Source: an uncultured Gemmatimonadales bacterium (GTDB lineage Bacteria; Gemmatimonadota; Gemmatimonadetes; Longimicrobiales; RSA9). Taken from it: 64,000 bases of DNA. Location: positions 3,360,001 to 3,424,000 of the forward strand of contig OY970192.1 of NCBI GenBank assembly GCA_963708135.1. Reading direction: 5' to 3'. The notes under the pieces were generated by a model, which was not told the origin of the DNA, did not search any database, and saw nothing but the letters and a program-made list of their open reading frames with translations. This document shows, one piece after another, positions 30,301 to 39,736 of this stretch. Made by a program: the position numbers and the translations under genes. Every line of letters begins with the position of its first letter. Positions within the stretch are counted from its first letter, which is position 1.

Positions 30301-30631
30301 GCTCGCCGCGCTGGACCGCCAGGCCATGGACGTGGAGCTGCGCCTGCTCTCCCGCTCCAGCATGCAGAGCGACGACAAGTGGTTCGTCGAGCCCTACGCC
30401 CTCTACCTGAACCTCGTCTGGCTGAACGCCGAGGTTGGCTCCGGCGGCGGCGACGTCTCCGGCGGCGCCGACCACGCGCCCACCGCCGCGTCGCTCGCCA
30501 TCCTGTCCGACCTCGAGCGGAAGCTGGGCGAGGCGAAGACGGCGTACCACGCGTTCATCGACACCACCCTGCCGGCGTTCAACCGGGCGATGGTGGGGAA
30601 GGTGGGGCCGATCGGGACGGCGATGAGGTAG
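27347..30631 (+). CDS. Secreted VPS10/BNR (Asp-box) beta-propeller glycosyl hydrolase-like protein
   Basis: Many (K/R)(T/S)xDGGxTW Asp-boxes; signal peptide ending ARA-Q; TTG start after GGAGG. Confidence 0.88.
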   Translation: MVPTRRRRAAPHALASTPAVRPPSTIRPLAPAAPVLALALGLLLLPAGARAQRRGEGPDSTSRPLRFEFLGPAAGGRIASVAGVPGDPDTYYAGAASGGVWKTTDGGRTFAAIFDEEPVQAIGALAVAPSAPAIVWAGTGEAWTIRDADVTGDGVYKSVDGGRTWTHMGLENAGRIGRIVVHPWDPDIVYVCALGRTTAPQQERGVYRTTDGGRSWQRVLFVDANTGCSGLAMEPNDPQVLYAGTWQISMRPWAEKSGGAGSGVWMSRDGGTTWKRLADGLPHSPVGKVDVAVARSDANRVYALIETPDQGSVWRSDDAGAHWKVVSWDRTLIGRAGYYVRLAVSPTDADELIVASSSLHRSTDGGETFTTIRGGCGDCHDVWWDSDNPDHFAVTGDGGMGITTSHGRRFTSAALPIAQMYHVAVDDRRPYWVYGNRQDNGTMRGPSDSPELPDNVPALNPRRRFGNLGGGGQSDWQHGLGGCESGFTLPEPGDPDIVWATCYGDEVSRWDAKTRLARSVSPWMHTLDSPPDALKYRCHWTPPLAIDPFDPGTVYYGCQVVFRTTDGGQSWSVISPDLSTKDSSRIVSSGGLIGDNLGQFYGEVVFAIAPSPVRKGLIWAGTNDGQVWYTADAGGHWTNVTAGLEGLPPWGTVRRIEPSPFDSATAYVAVDRHLMDDPTPYIYRTTDLGKTWTRISGGLPADHPLSYVMTVAEDPNRQGLLFAGTGHGFFYSRDDGGHWTALQDGLPAAPVTWIAVAKPAHDVVASTYGRGIYVLRDVTPLEQGDVSAPIAAARLFAPAPALRQARDGKAYVDFALPAAPAAPVKVEVLDAGGTPVRTMPLVAHDGLNRATWDLRYDPPRQVEMRTPAPDNPHVFDEPRFKGKATRPVTHWGIEGPQRTGPIAPPGRYTVRLTTPGGTLTEPLEVVKAPAIAASAEDLAASTAAQLRIRNAIDTVADMANTLEIVRRHILDARSRHRNDTATDSALAALDRQAMDVELRLLSRSSMQSDDKWFVEPYALYLNLVWLNAEVGSGGGDVSGGADHAPTAASLAILSDLERKLGEAKTAYHAFIDTTLPAFNRAMVGKVGPIGTAMR

Positions 30632-30659
30632 GGGGGGGCCGAGCTCGCCGGCGAGGCAT

Positions 30660-30696
30660 GGTTGTGGTTGTGGTTTTGGTTTTGGTTTTGGTTGTG
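30660..30696. repeat. (GGTTGT/GGTTTT)n tract upstream of the four-helix-bundle gene
   Basis: Visible tandem units. Confidence 0.9.
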
Positions 30697-30749
30697 CGCG
30701 GCCGGGACTGCTATGGGCGCGCCCGGGCGCGAGGGATATGCTCGGGGGT

Positions 30750-31124
30750 ATGGAGAGCTACGATTTCGAGGGGCTGGAGGCGTTCAGGGTCGCACTGGAG
30801 GTTGCGGTTCTCGGGGACGAGGCCTTCGCGCGGCTCCGTTCCGTTCGGCCGCACCTGGCCCACCAGATCGGGCGCTGCAGTCTCTCGGCCATGCTGAACA
30901 CGGCGGAAGCGACCGGTCGCAGAACACCCGCCGACCAGGCACACTTCTATTCCATCGCACGCGGCTCCGGCGCGGAAACCGCAGCCGCGTTCCTCTTCTG
31001 CGAGCGTCGCCGGCTGCTCCCCAGCGAGATGACGTCCCGGGCCCGAGAGCTGCTCCTGCCATTGCTCAAGATGCAATCCCGACTCGCCCGGCCCCGTCCT
31101 CCGTCCACCGGCCCACGCCCCTGA
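30750..31124 (+). CDS. Four helix bundle protein (23S rRNA IVP/bAvd-like family)
   Basis: FEGLEAF...QIGRCSLSAMLNTAEATGR...FYSIARGSGAE pattern; alternative ATG at 30738. Confidence 0.88.
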   Translation: MESYDFEGLEAFRVALEVAVLGDEAFARLRSVRPHLAHQIGRCSLSAMLNTAEATGRRTPADQAHFYSIARGSGAETAAAFLFCERRRLLPSEMTSRARELLLPLLKMQSRLARPRPPSTGPRP

Positions 31125-31210
31125 ACCCAAACCCAAACCCAAACCCAAACCCAAACCCAAACCCAAACCCAAACCAAAACCAAACCAAGACCCAAACCAA
31201 AACCAATAAC
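31125..31210. repeat. (AAACCC)n then (AAAACC)n tract
   Basis: About 8 perfect CCCAAA units directly after the stop codon. Confidence 0.95.
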
Positions 31211-31279
31211 CGGATTCGCCCCTGACCCCCCGTCCGTCCCGAAGGACCCGCGGGACAAGGACCCCCGCGGCGCCCCCCG

Positions 31280-31323
31280 TTGACGCAGGCGTCCATAGGT
31301 GTAAGATTGGTGTAGAGGTGTAA
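31280..31323 (+). promoter_or_regulatory. vapBC promoter with candidate operator repeats
   Basis: TTGACG-16 bp-TAAGAT with TG before the -10; GGTGTA occurs three times across the -10 and RBS. Confidence 0.55.
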
Positions 31324-31325
31324 CC

Positions 31326-31598
31326 ATGGCACTGAACATAAAGAACCCGGAGGTGGAGCGGCTCGCGGCCGAGCTCGCTCGCCTCACCGGAGAGACGAAG
31401 ACCGAAGCGATCCGCCGGGCGCTGAACGAACGGTATGCGCGCGTGCGGAGCCGGGTCACGGACGCGGGTCGGCGGGAGCGCGTGCTGCGTTTCCTGGAGA
31501 CGGAGGTCTGGGCGCGTGTGCCGCCGGACCAGCTCGGCCGCGCCCCGGACAAGGCGGAGCGGGAGGCGATCCTCGGCTACGGCCCCGAGGGCGTGTGA
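31326..31598 (+). CDS. vapB: Type II antitoxin VapB (Rv0623-like)
   Basis: MALNIKNPEVERLAAELARLTGETKTEAIRRAL; GTGA overlap with the PIN toxin. Confidence 0.9.
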   Translation: MALNIKNPEVERLAAELARLTGETKTEAIRRALNERYARVRSRVTDAGRRERVLRFLETEVWARVPPDQLGRAPDKAEREAILGYGPEGV

Positions 31599-31981
31599 TC
31601 GTCGATTCCTCCGCGCTCCTGGCCGTCATCTTCCGCGAGCCCGGCTATCAGGAGCTCATCAACCGCGTGGAGGCAGCAGACGCGGTCACCGCCGGAGCGC
31701 CGACGCTGGCCGAGACCGGCATCGTGCTCCATTCCCGACTGGGCGAGGCGTCCCGCGGATTGCTGGAGCGGGTGCTGGACGAGCTCGGCATCCAGGAGAT
31801 CCCCTTCGGCGAGATCCACTGGCGGGAAGCCGTCGAGGGCTTCCGCCGCTTCGGGAAGGGCCACCACCCCGCCGCGCTCAACTTCGGCGACTGCCTGACC
31901 TACGCCGCGGCCCGCCTCTCGGGGGAGCCGTTGCTGTTCGTGGGGAAGGATTTCTCGAAGACTGACCTCGAGGCGGCCTGA
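31595..31981 (+). CDS. vapC: Type II toxin VapC (PIN domain)
   Basis: IVDSSAL, GKGHHPAALNFGDC, LLFVGKDF. Confidence 0.95.
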   Translation: MIVDSSALLAVIFREPGYQELINRVEAADAVTAGAPTLAETGIVLHSRLGEASRGLLERVLDELGIQEIPFGEIHWREAVEGFRRFGKGHHPAALNFGDCLTYAAARLSGEPLLFVGKDFSKTDLEAA

Positions 31982-32166
31982 CCTTCCGGGGCGGCGACTG
32001 ACCTCGGGACCCTGGGGCCGCAGCCGCGGCCGGATTCCCGAGTCCAGCAACTGGCCGCCCACCGGAGGCCAGGGCAGGATCACGCGTTCTTGAGATCGAC
32101 GGAAGATGCGGGGCGCGCCAACACCCGGCGCCCACCTCACCTGTCCACGAAACCGGGTCAGGCCCA

Positions 32167-32240
32167 CCAAAACCAAAACCAAACCAAAACCAAAACCAAA
32201 CCAAAACCAAACCAAAACGCCCACCCAAACCCCAACCCCG
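32167..32240. repeat. (AAAACC/AAACC)n tract
   Basis: Visible tandem units. Confidence 0.92.
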
Positions 32241-32265
32241 GCCACCGGCCCCCTGGCTCAGGACC

Positions 32266-33282
32266 CTACCGAACCGCCCGCGCCACCGCCTCCCCGAACC
32301 CCCCCGTCGTCCCCTTTCCCCCCAGGTCCGGCGTGGTCGCCTCGCCGGCGAGGATGGCGTCCTCGAGGGCGCGGCGGATGCGGCGGGCGGCGTCGCCCTG
32401 CCCGATGTGGTCGAGCATCATGCAGGCGGCCAGCATCATGGCGCCGGGGTTGGCGATGTCCCTTCCTGCGATGTCCGGCGCGGAGCCGTGGACGGGCTCG
32501 AAGATGGCGGCATCCTTGCCGATGTTGCCGCCGGGGGCGAGGCCGAGGCCGCCGACGAGGCCGGCCATGAGGTCGCTCAGGATGTCGCCGAACATGTTCT
32601 CCATGACGAGGACATCGAAGCGGTAGGGGTTCAGCACGAGGTTCATGGCGGCGGCATCGACGATCATGTCCTCGAAGGCGACGCGGCCCTCGTACTCCTT
32701 CGCGACGCCGCGTCCAACGTCGAGGAAGAGCCCCTGGGTGAACTTGAGGATGTTGGCCTTGTGGACCAGGGTGACCTTCTCGCGGCCGTGCTTCTCGGCG
32801 TAGTCGAAGGCGTACCGGACGGCGCGCTCGGCGCCGTAGCGGGTGATGATCATGACCGACTCGGCCGCCGCGTGCGCGTCCTCGCCCACCCCGATGTAGT
32901 GCTCGACCCCGACGTAGAGGCCCTCCGTGTTCTCGCGGATCAGCACGAGATCGATGTCCTCGTAGCGGCCGCCCGGCACCAGCGTGCGCGCGGGCCGCAC
33001 GTTGGCGTAGAGGTCGAACTCCTTCCTGAGCGCCACGTTGATCGAGCGGAACCCGACGCCGATGGGGGTGGTCAGCGGGCCCTTGAGCGCGACGCGCGTG
33101 CGCCGGACCGAGTCCATGGTCTCCTGCGGCAGCGGCGAGCTCTTCTCTTCGAGCGCCGCCATGCCGGCCAGCTTCCGGTCCCACGCGATGTCGGCGCCGG
33201 CGGCCTCCAGCACGTGGACGGTGGCCTCCGTGATGGCGGGGCCAATGCCATCGCCGGGGATCAGGGTGACGGGCGTGGGCAT
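32266..33282 (-). CDS. Isocitrate/isopropylmalate dehydrogenase family, probably NAD-dependent isocitrate dehydrogenase
   Basis: [47 protein letters not shown]. Confidence 0.92.
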   Translation of the reverse strand: MPTPVTLIPGDGIGPAITEATVHVLEAAGADIAWDRKLAGMAALEEKSSPLPQETMDSVRRTRVALKGPLTTPIGVGFRSINVALRKEFDLYANVRPARTLVPGGRYEDIDLVLIRENTEGLYVGVEHYIGVGEDAHAAAESVMIITRYGAERAVRYAFDYAEKHGREKVTLVHKANILKFTQGLFLDVGRGVAKEYEGRVAFEDMIVDAAAMNLVLNPYRFDVLVMENMFGDILSDLMAGLVGGLGLAPGGNIGKDAAIFEPVHGSAPDIAGRDIANPGAMMLAACMMLDHIGQGDAARRIRRALEDAILAGEATTPDLGGKGTTGGFGEAVARAVR

Positions 33283-33340
33283 GATCGGCGCTCTCCGGGG
33301 ATGCGGTGGAGCCGGTGCGCGGCCGGCCGGGCTCTCGGCG

Positions 33341-34012
33341 TCAGTGGCGCGCGGAGGCGGGCAGCAGCGCGCGTGCCAGCGCGCGGGCGGCGGTGGCGAC
33401 GGCGCGCCCGTCCGGCTCCGGGCGCACCTCGCCGGCGACGACCGCGTACCAGAGCACATCGCCGCCGAAGGTGTCGATGAGCGCGGCCGTGGCCTCGAGG
33501 CGGCCGTGGGCGGAGTCCACCGGAACGAAGGCGATGCGCACGGGCACGAGCGCCAGCCGGGCGTCCACGAGGGCCGCCATGCGGCGCAGGTCGCCGAAGA
33601 GCGGGTCGCCTATGCTGCGCAGGCGCATCCGGGCGAAGTCGCCGACGGCAAGGGCGTGCGGGTCGATGGCCAGGGCGGGGTTGCGGGCGAGCGCCGCCTC
33701 GACCTTCGCGGCGCCGACCCAGTGCACGTTCGGCGCGGCATCCACGAGCCAGTCGGCGGCCTCGGCGTCGAAGTCGGCGGCGAGGCGGCGGCCGCCGCCC
33801 CCGGCCCCGCTCTGCGCGGGCACGATCATCACCGTGGCGCCGGAGAGGTCGGGGGCGGGGGGCGGCGCATCGGAGGCGGAGGGCGGTCGGGCGGTCCGGG
33901 GCGCACACGCCGCGAGGGCGGCGGCCAGCGCGGCGGCCGCCGCGAGGCGGGCCGGCCGCGCGCGAGGGCGGCGGCGGGAGCGTCGCCTGGATGAGCTCAG
34001 CGGTTCTTCCAC
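33341..34012 (-). CDS. Hypothetical lipoprotein
   Basis: Arg-rich n-region and AAALAAC lipobox; GTG start tentative. Confidence 0.65.
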   Translation of the reverse strand: MEEPLSSSRRRSRRRPRARPARLAAAAALAAALAACAPRTARPPSASDAPPPAPDLSGATVMIVPAQSGAGGGGRRLAADFDAEAADWLVDAAPNVHWVGAAKVEAALARNPALAIDPHALAVGDFARMRLRSIGDPLFGDLRRMAALVDARLALVPVRIAFVPVDSAHGRLEATAALIDTFGGDVLWYAVVAGEVRPEPDGRAVATAARALARALLPASARH

Positions 34013-34764
34013 TCGGGCGTGCGCTCCTCGCGCCAGGCGGCCAGCCCCTCCTGCGCGTCCTCGAGCTCGAGCAGCTGCCGCAGGAAGAGGGACTTCACCC
34101 TGGGCAGCGCCTCGTCGTAGGAGGCGTAGTAGGCGGCGTACTGCGCCTGCTTGGCGAGCTGGAGCACGGGCCCGCTCTTGCTCGTGATCTCGCGCACGAA
34201 CGCGTCGAGGTCCTCGTCGAAGCGGCCGGGCGCGAAGATGCGGTTGGCCAGCCCGTAGCCGAGCAGCTCGCGCGCGCCCACCTCGCAGCCGGTGAGGATC
34301 CACTCCATGGCCTTGCGGCGGGGCGCGACGCGCGGCAGCACGGTCGTGGCGATGGTGGGGAAGATGCCGTGCGTGATCTCGGGCAGCTGGAACGTGGCGT
34401 TCTCGGCGGCGACGATCAGGTTGCAGCCGAGCGCGAGCTCCCAGCCGGCGCCCGCGGCGCGACCCTCCACGGCGGCGATGGAGACCAGGTCCATCATCCG
34501 CAGCGACTCGAACACCCGGTGGTAGAGCCCGAGCAGCCGGCGCACGCGGGCCTTCCCGAACTCCCCCAGGTCCAGCCCGTCGCTGAAGGTGTCGCGCGCG
34601 CCGCGCAGCACGAGCACCTCGAGCTCCACATTGTCGCGTATCTCGTCGAGCGCGCGGTTGATCTCCTGCACCATCGCGCCCGTCAGCATGTTGCGGGGCT
34701 CGTGGTCCAGCGTGAGCACCGCGTGTCTTTCGGCAATGGCCAGCTCCAGCAGCTTGTAGCCCAT
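33997..34764 (-). CDS. Enoyl-CoA hydratase/isomerase family (dienoyl-CoA hydratase Dch-like)
   Basis: FSDGLD, AAVEGRAAGAGWELAL, LPEI, EDAQEGLAAWREER. Confidence 0.88.
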   Translation of the reverse strand: MGYKLLELAIAERHAVLTLDHEPRNMLTGAMVQEINRALDEIRDNVELEVLVLRGARDTFSDGLDLGEFGKARVRRLLGLYHRVFESLRMMDLVSIAAVEGRAAGAGWELALGCNLIVAAENATFQLPEITHGIFPTIATTVLPRVAPRRKAMEWILTGCEVGARELLGYGLANRIFAPGRFDEDLDAFVREITSKSGPVLQLAKQAQYAAYYASYDEALPRVKSLFLRQLLELEDAQEGLAAWREERTPEWKNR

Positions 34765-34798
34765 ATCCGTCGCACCGATCGTCTTTCGGGAATCTCCA

Positions 34799-35596
34799 CT
34801 ACAGCAGGTGCCCGCCATCCACGGGAATGACCGCCCCGGTGATGTGGCGCGCCCGCTCCGAGCACAGGAACACCACCACGTCCGCCACGTCCTGCGGGTC
34901 GCCCAGCCGGCCGAGCACGCTCCGGTCCCGCGCCCGATCGAGCACCTCCGGCGAGACGCCCGCCGTCAGACGGGTGGTCCGGATGTAGCCGGGCGCCACC
35001 GCGTTGACGTTCACGTTCGACGGCCCGAGCTCCACCGCCGCCGAGCGCGTGAGCCCGAGGATCCCCGCCTTCGACGCCGCGTAGTTGGCCAGCCCGAACT
35101 CGCTGCGCAGCCCGTGCACCGAGCTGACGTTCACGATCTTGCCGAACTGCTGCGCCCGGAAGAGCGGCGCCACCGCCCGGATCATGTGGAACGTGCCGGT
35201 GAGGTTGGTGTCCACCACGTCGCTCCACTGCGCATCCGTCATCCGCCAAAGCGCCCGGTCCTGTGCCACGCCCGCGTTGTTGACCAGAATCTGGACCCCG
35301 CCGAGCGCCGTCTTCGCGTCGGCGACGAAGGCCTCCACGCGCCCCGCGTCGCGCACGTCGCACTCGCGGCAGAACACCGCCACCTCGAGCCGCCTCAGCT
35401 CCGCGGCCGTGCGCTCGGCCTCCTCCTCCGTGCGCCCGTCCCGGTCATCGATGTAGTTGAAGGCGACGTGCACGCCCTGGCGCGCGAGCTCCAGCGCGAT
35501 CGCGCGGCCGATCCCGGTCGCGCCGCCGGTCACGATCGCGCACAGCCCGCGCATCCCACCCTGCCCCTGCGCGGGCTGTGGCCGCGTCTCGACCAT
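34799..35596 (-). CDS. SDR family oxidoreductase (FabG-like)
   Basis: TGGATGIG, NNAG, YAASK, NAVAPG, VDGG; start uncertain. Confidence 0.9.
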   Translation of the reverse strand: MVETRPQPAQGQGGMRGLCAIVTGGATGIGRAIALELARQGVHVAFNYIDDRDGRTEEEAERTAAELRRLEVAVFCRECDVRDAGRVEAFVADAKTALGGVQILVNNAGVAQDRALWRMTDAQWSDVVDTNLTGTFHMIRAVAPLFRAQQFGKIVNVSSVHGLRSEFGLANYAASKAGILGLTRSAAVELGPSNVNVNAVAPGYIRTTRLTAGVSPEVLDRARDRSVLGRLGDPQDVADVVVFLCSERARHITGAVIPVDGGHLL

Positions 35597-36076
35597 CTCG
35601 GCCAGGAACTGCTCCACGGCGGGGTCCGCAACCTCCGAGACCGTGCCGTTGCCGCCGTCCTCGCCGCCTTCCCGCCGGCCGTGTGGCGTCAAGTCCGCTC
35701 CCCCTCGAAAGGCCTGGCCCCCACCGCCGGCGGCGGGGGTAACCCGGGACAGCATTCGAGGATGCCGCCTGGCCATGGCCCTGTCAAGCAACCGCGAGCC
35801 GGGTAGCGTCCCAGGACATTATCCGACCGGCATGCTGCGGGTGGGGGTGCCGCCTGGATCCCGCGATCGTCGCGTCCTGGGACCGTGCACGACCCGCCGC
35901 TCGCCTGCGCGCCGGAAGCGAGAATCGGATCGTGCACGCCGGGCGGTCCCAAGGCGCCGCTCGATCAGGCCGGGGAGAACGAGTGGCGAGTTGGGCCGGG
36001 ATCGCGAGCAGGAGTCGCCACTCGCGCGCCGGAGCAGGGCGAGCGGCGCGTCGTGCAGCCCGAGCGGGCCGCGGTT

Positions 36077-36784
36077 CTACTCCTGCGGCTCTTCCGGGGA
36101 CGCGGCTTCGGCCTCGCGCTGCTCGGAGCGGTGCTTGATGGTGCGGCCCTCGACGAGGAAGACCACGTCCTCGGCGATGTTGGTGGCGAGGTCGGCGATG
36201 CGCTCGAGGTTGCGGGAGGCCAGGAACCAGTCCATGCCGGCGGTGATCTTGCGCGGGTCCTCCATCATGTGGGTGAGGAGGATGCGGAATACGTTGTCGT
36301 GCAGCTCGTCGACGCGGTCGTCGCGGCGGCCGATGTCGCGGGCGAGTTCGCTGTCGAGGCGGATGAAGCTATCGAGCGAGTCGGCGAGCATCTCGGTGGC
36401 GAGGCGGACCATCTCCTCGATCTCGGGGAGCGGCGGGAAGGGGGCCGCGCCGGCGATGTACTCGACCTCCTCGGCGATGTTGACGGCGTGGTCGCCGACG
36501 CGCTCGAGGTCGTTGGCGATCTTCATGGCCATGGTGATGAAGCGGAGGTCGCGGGCCATCGGCTGCTGGAGGGCGAGCAGCTGGATGGCGAGCTCCTCGA
36601 CCTCGACCTCGAGGGCGTCCACGGCCCGGTCGCGGCGCATCGCCTCGGCGGCCAGCTCGGGGTCGCGGTCGAGCAGCGCGCGGACGGCCAGCTTGACCAT
36701 CTCCTCGGCCAGCCCCGCCATCCCCACGAGGCGGGACTGGAGCTTGTCCAGCTCGACGTGGAAGTGCCGCTGCGCCTGTGGCAT
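36077..36784 (-). CDS. phoU: Phosphate signalling protein PhoU
   Basis: QQPMARDLR, DLERVGDHAVNIAE, LERIADLATNIAE; TAATG overlap with pstB. Confidence 0.96.
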   Translation of the reverse strand: MPQAQRHFHVELDKLQSRLVGMAGLAEEMVKLAVRALLDRDPELAAEAMRRDRAVDALEVEVEELAIQLLALQQPMARDLRFITMAMKIANDLERVGDHAVNIAEEVEYIAGAAPFPPLPEIEEMVRLATEMLADSLDSFIRLDSELARDIGRRDDRVDELHDNVFRILLTHMMEDPRKITAGMDWFLASRNLERIADLATNIAEDVVFLVEGRTIKHRSEQREAEAASPEEPQE

Positions 36785-37560
36785 TATCCGAACCTCCCGG
36801 TGATGTACGCCTCGGTGCGGGGCTCGCGCGGGTTCGTGAACAGCGCCTCGGTGGCGCCGTACTCGACGAGGTCGCCCAGGTAGAGGAACGCCGTCAGCTC
36901 CGAGACCCGGGCGGCCTGCTGCATGTTGTGCGTGACGATGACGACGGTGTACTCCTGCTTCAGCTCGAAGATGAGGTCCTCGATCTTCTGCGTGGCGATC
37001 GGATCGAGCGCGGAGGCGGGCTCGTCCATGAGGATCACCTCCGGCTCGACCGCGAGCGCACGCGCGATGCAGAGGCGCTGCTGCTGCCCGCCGGACAGCG
37101 AGAACGCGCTCTGGCCGAGCCGGTCCTTCACCTCGTCCCAGAGCGCGGCGCGCTCGAGCGAGCGCTGCACCACCGCATCGAGGTCCACGCGCATCCGGTT
37201 CACGCGCGGCCCGAACGCCACGTTCTCGTAGATCGAGCGCGGGAACGGGTTCGGCTTCTGGAAGACCATGCCGATGCGGCGCCGCACCTCGACGGGGTCC
37301 ACCGCGGGGTCGTAGAGATCGACGTCGTCGAAGCGGATGCTCCCCTCCACCCGCGCGCCCGGGATCAGGTCGTTCATGCGGTTGAAGGAGCGCAGCAGCG
37401 TGCTCTTGCCGCACCCGGACGGCCCGATGAACGCCACCACCCGGCGCTCCGGGATGGCGATGGAGACGGACTTCACCGCCTGCGTGCTGCCGTAATATAC
37501 GGAGAGGTCGATCGCCTCGAGCGCGGTCGGCCCCGTGTCGTCGTCCTGCCGCGTCGCCAC
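36784..37560 (-). CDS. pstB: Phosphate ABC transporter ATPase
   Basis: [48 protein letters not shown] after GGAGGAG. Confidence 0.96.
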   Translation of the reverse strand: MATRQDDDTGPTALEAIDLSVYYGSTQAVKSVSIAIPERRVVAFIGPSGCGKSTLLRSFNRMNDLIPGARVEGSIRFDDVDLYDPAVDPVEVRRRIGMVFQKPNPFPRSIYENVAFGPRVNRMRVDLDAVVQRSLERAALWDEVKDRLGQSAFSLSGGQQQRLCIARALAVEPEVILMDEPASALDPIATQKIEDLIFELKQEYTVVIVTHNMQQAARVSELTAFLYLGDLVEYGATEALFTNPREPRTEAYITGRFG

Positions 37561-37759
37561 CCTGTGCTCCTCCCCTCGATCGAATGCCGCGGCCGCGACG
37601 GGATCGGCTCCCGCCGCCGCCGTCCGAAGCCCCGGAGGCTGACGATCACGTGCGCCCCGCGCAAGACTCCATCGACTGGCGCTCGGCGGACCGGTCCTCG
37701 TCCCGTCCTCGTCGTCTGGCGATGAATGGCGGAACGGCGGCGGCGCCGCAAGCCGCGCC

Positions 37760-38137
37760 TCAGTGCCGGCTGGCCGGGAGCTCGAAGGAGAGGGCGAGGT
37801 CGGGGTCCGTGAAGAGGGCGTCGTCGGGGTCGCAGAAGGCTCGCAGCGGGTGGCGGCGCAGCAGCCGCAGGAAGGCCGCGGCGAGGCCGTGGATCTCCAC
37901 CTGCGCGCCCTCGGCCTGCTCGCGCTCGAGCGCGCTGGAGAGCATCTGCGCGCCGACCGGGTCGATCCCGTCGAGGCCGGACGCATCGAGCAGTACCCGC
38001 CGCACGCCCCTGCGGCGGCGCAGCAGCCCGGCGACCGAGCCGGCCAGCCCGGCGTCGAGGCGGCCGGAGATCCGGGCGGCCAGGGTGCCTCCGGAGAGGG
38101 CCACGACGGTGCAGACGGTGGGGTGCGAGCGCTTCAC
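37760..38137 (-). CDS. STAS-domain-like small protein
   Basis: ISGRLDA...[22 protein letters not shown] after AGGAGG. Confidence 0.6.
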   Translation of the reverse strand: MKRSHPTVCTVVALSGGTLAARISGRLDAGLAGSVAGLLRRRRGVRRVLLDASGLDGIDPVGAQMLSSALEREQAEGAQVEIHGLAAAFLRLLRRHPLRAFCDPDDALFTDPDLALSFELPASRH

Positions 38138-38215
38138 GGGGCGGAACCTCCTGCAAGGGATCGGGTCACGCCCGGAATCTGGGGCGGCTCCGTCACGTCG
38201 GGAGCCGGAGGTTCG

Positions 38216-39736
38216 TCACGCGTGTGTCACGGCCTCGGCGGGCGGAGCGGGCGCGGGCAGCCGCAGGCGGATGGTGGTGCCGCGCCCGAGCTGGCTCTCG
38301 GCGCCCACCTCGCCGCCCATGCTCTCGACCATGTGCCTCACGATCGAGAGCCCGAGCCCGGTGCCGCCCTCGGCACGCGAGCGGGCGGGATCCACGCGGT
38401 AGAAGCGCTCGAAGATGCGCGGCAGCGCGTCGCCGGGGATGCCGGAGCCGGTATCAGCGACCTCGAGCACCACGCACGCCGCGCCGGCGGCCACGCCACT
38501 CGCGGGCGCCGCGGCGCGCGCGGCGCGGCGGGCGGCGAGCAGGGTGGCGTCGCCGAAATCGCGCGAGACGCGCACCTCGATCCGCCCGCCGGGGGGCGTG
38601 TGCCGGAGCGCGTTGTCGAAGAGGTTGGTGAAGATCTGGCCTAGCCCGCGCGCATCGGCGAGCACGCGGGCGGGCGCGGCGGGCACGATGACCTCGACGT
38701 CTGCCTGCGCGGCCCGCTCGCGGAACGGCGCCCACGCGTCGCGCGCGATGTGCATGGCGTCCACCGGCTCGAGCTCCGGCCGCCAGCCGCCGGATTCCAG
38801 CCGGGAGAGGTCGAGCAGGTCGTCCACGATCTGCTGGAGCCGGCCCGCGTTGCGCGCGATGGTGTCGAGGAAGCGCAGGCGCGTCTCGGCCGGCAGCGCG
38901 TCATCCTCCATGAGCGTCTCGGCGTAGCCGCGGATCGAGGTGAGCGGCGTCTTCAGCTCGTGGCTCGCGTTGGCGACGAAGTCGCGCCGCACGCCCTCCA
39001 GCCGGCGCAGCTCCGTGAGGTCCACGATCACGACGGCGGTGCCGCCCGCCTGCGGCGCCGCCGCCGCGAGCGGCCGCGCCAGCACGAGCAGGCGGCGGGC
39101 GTCCCAGGCCACCTCGCGCGCCTCTGCGGCGCCGGTCCGGACCGCGTGCTCGAGCACCTCGCGCAGCTCCGCGTGCCGCACCAGCGACGCGATCGGCTGG
39201 CGCTCCGCCCTCGGGGGAAAGCTGAGCAGCGCTCGCGCCGCCGCGTTCGCGCGCACCACGCGCCCGTCCGGGCCGAGCTGCACGATCCCCTCCCCCACCG
39301 CGTCCACCAGCGACGCCATCTCCTCGCGCTGCCGGTCCGCCAGCGCGAGCCGCGCCCGCAGGTCGCCCGCCACCAGGGAGGCCGCGCGCGCGAGCGCGTT
39401 CAGCTCCGCGATCGAGGAGAGCACGGTCTCCGGGTGCCCCGCCCGGGCGCCGCCGTGCAGCGCCGCCCGCATCCGCAGCACCGTGCGCGAGAAGCGGCCG
39501 CCCAGGAACACGGCGGCCGCGACCGCGAGCGCTCCCCCCACGGCGGCGCCGATCAGCATGGCGCCCCGGGTCGCGGCGACCATGTCCGCGATGGCGCGCG
39601 GCGAGAGGTCGAGCTGCGACAGGCTCGCGCGCAGCGCGATCCCCGCCGTGACCAGCGCGGCCCCCGTCGCCGCCGCCCCGGCGAGGATCGTCCCCAGGAC
39701 GAAGACGGTGCGCGCCCGCAGCGTGCGCGGCCTCAT
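38216..39736 (-). CDS. phoR: Sensor histidine kinase, PhoR-like
   Basis: RRDFVANASHELKTPLT, NLFDNA, DTGSGI, FERFYRVD, GTGLGL; PAS-like region; adjacent to pstB/phoU. Confidence 0.88.
   Translation of the reverse strand: MRPRTLRARTVFVLGTILAGAAATGAALVTAGIALRASLSQLDLSPRAIADMVAATRGAMLIGAAVGGALAVAAAVFLGGRFSRTVLRMRAALHGGARAGHPETVLSSIAELNALARAASLVAGDLRARLALADRQREEMASLVDAVGEGIVQLGPDGRVVRANAAARALLSFPPRAERQPIASLVRHAELREVLEHAVRTGAAEAREVAWDARRLLVLARPLAAAAPQAGGTAVVIVDLTELRRLEGVRRDFVANASHELKTPLTSIRGYAETLMEDDALPAETRLRFLDTIARNAGRLQQIVDDLLDLSRLESGGWRPELEPVDAMHIARDAWAPFRERAAQADVEVIVPAAPARVLADARGLGQIFTNLFDNALRHTPPGGRIEVRVSRDFGDATLLAARRAARAAAPASGVAAGAACVVLEVADTGSGIPGDALPRIFERFYRVDPARSRAEGGTGLGLSIVRHMVESMGGEVGAESQLGRGTTIRLRLPAPAPPAEAVTHA

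Noticed and set aside
30750..31124. Diversity-generating retroelement or 23S rRNA intervening sequence
   Set aside because: No reverse transcriptase, no TR/VR pair and no rRNA sequence in the window
31125..31210. Eukaryotic telomere or contamination
   Set aside because: Short internal tract between typical bacterial genes, with related tracts nearby
35850..36060. Hairpin-rich intergenic region as a riboswitch or a member of the 61-bp family
   Set aside because: Inverted repeats are present, but I see no recognisable riboswitch consensus or 61-62-bp period
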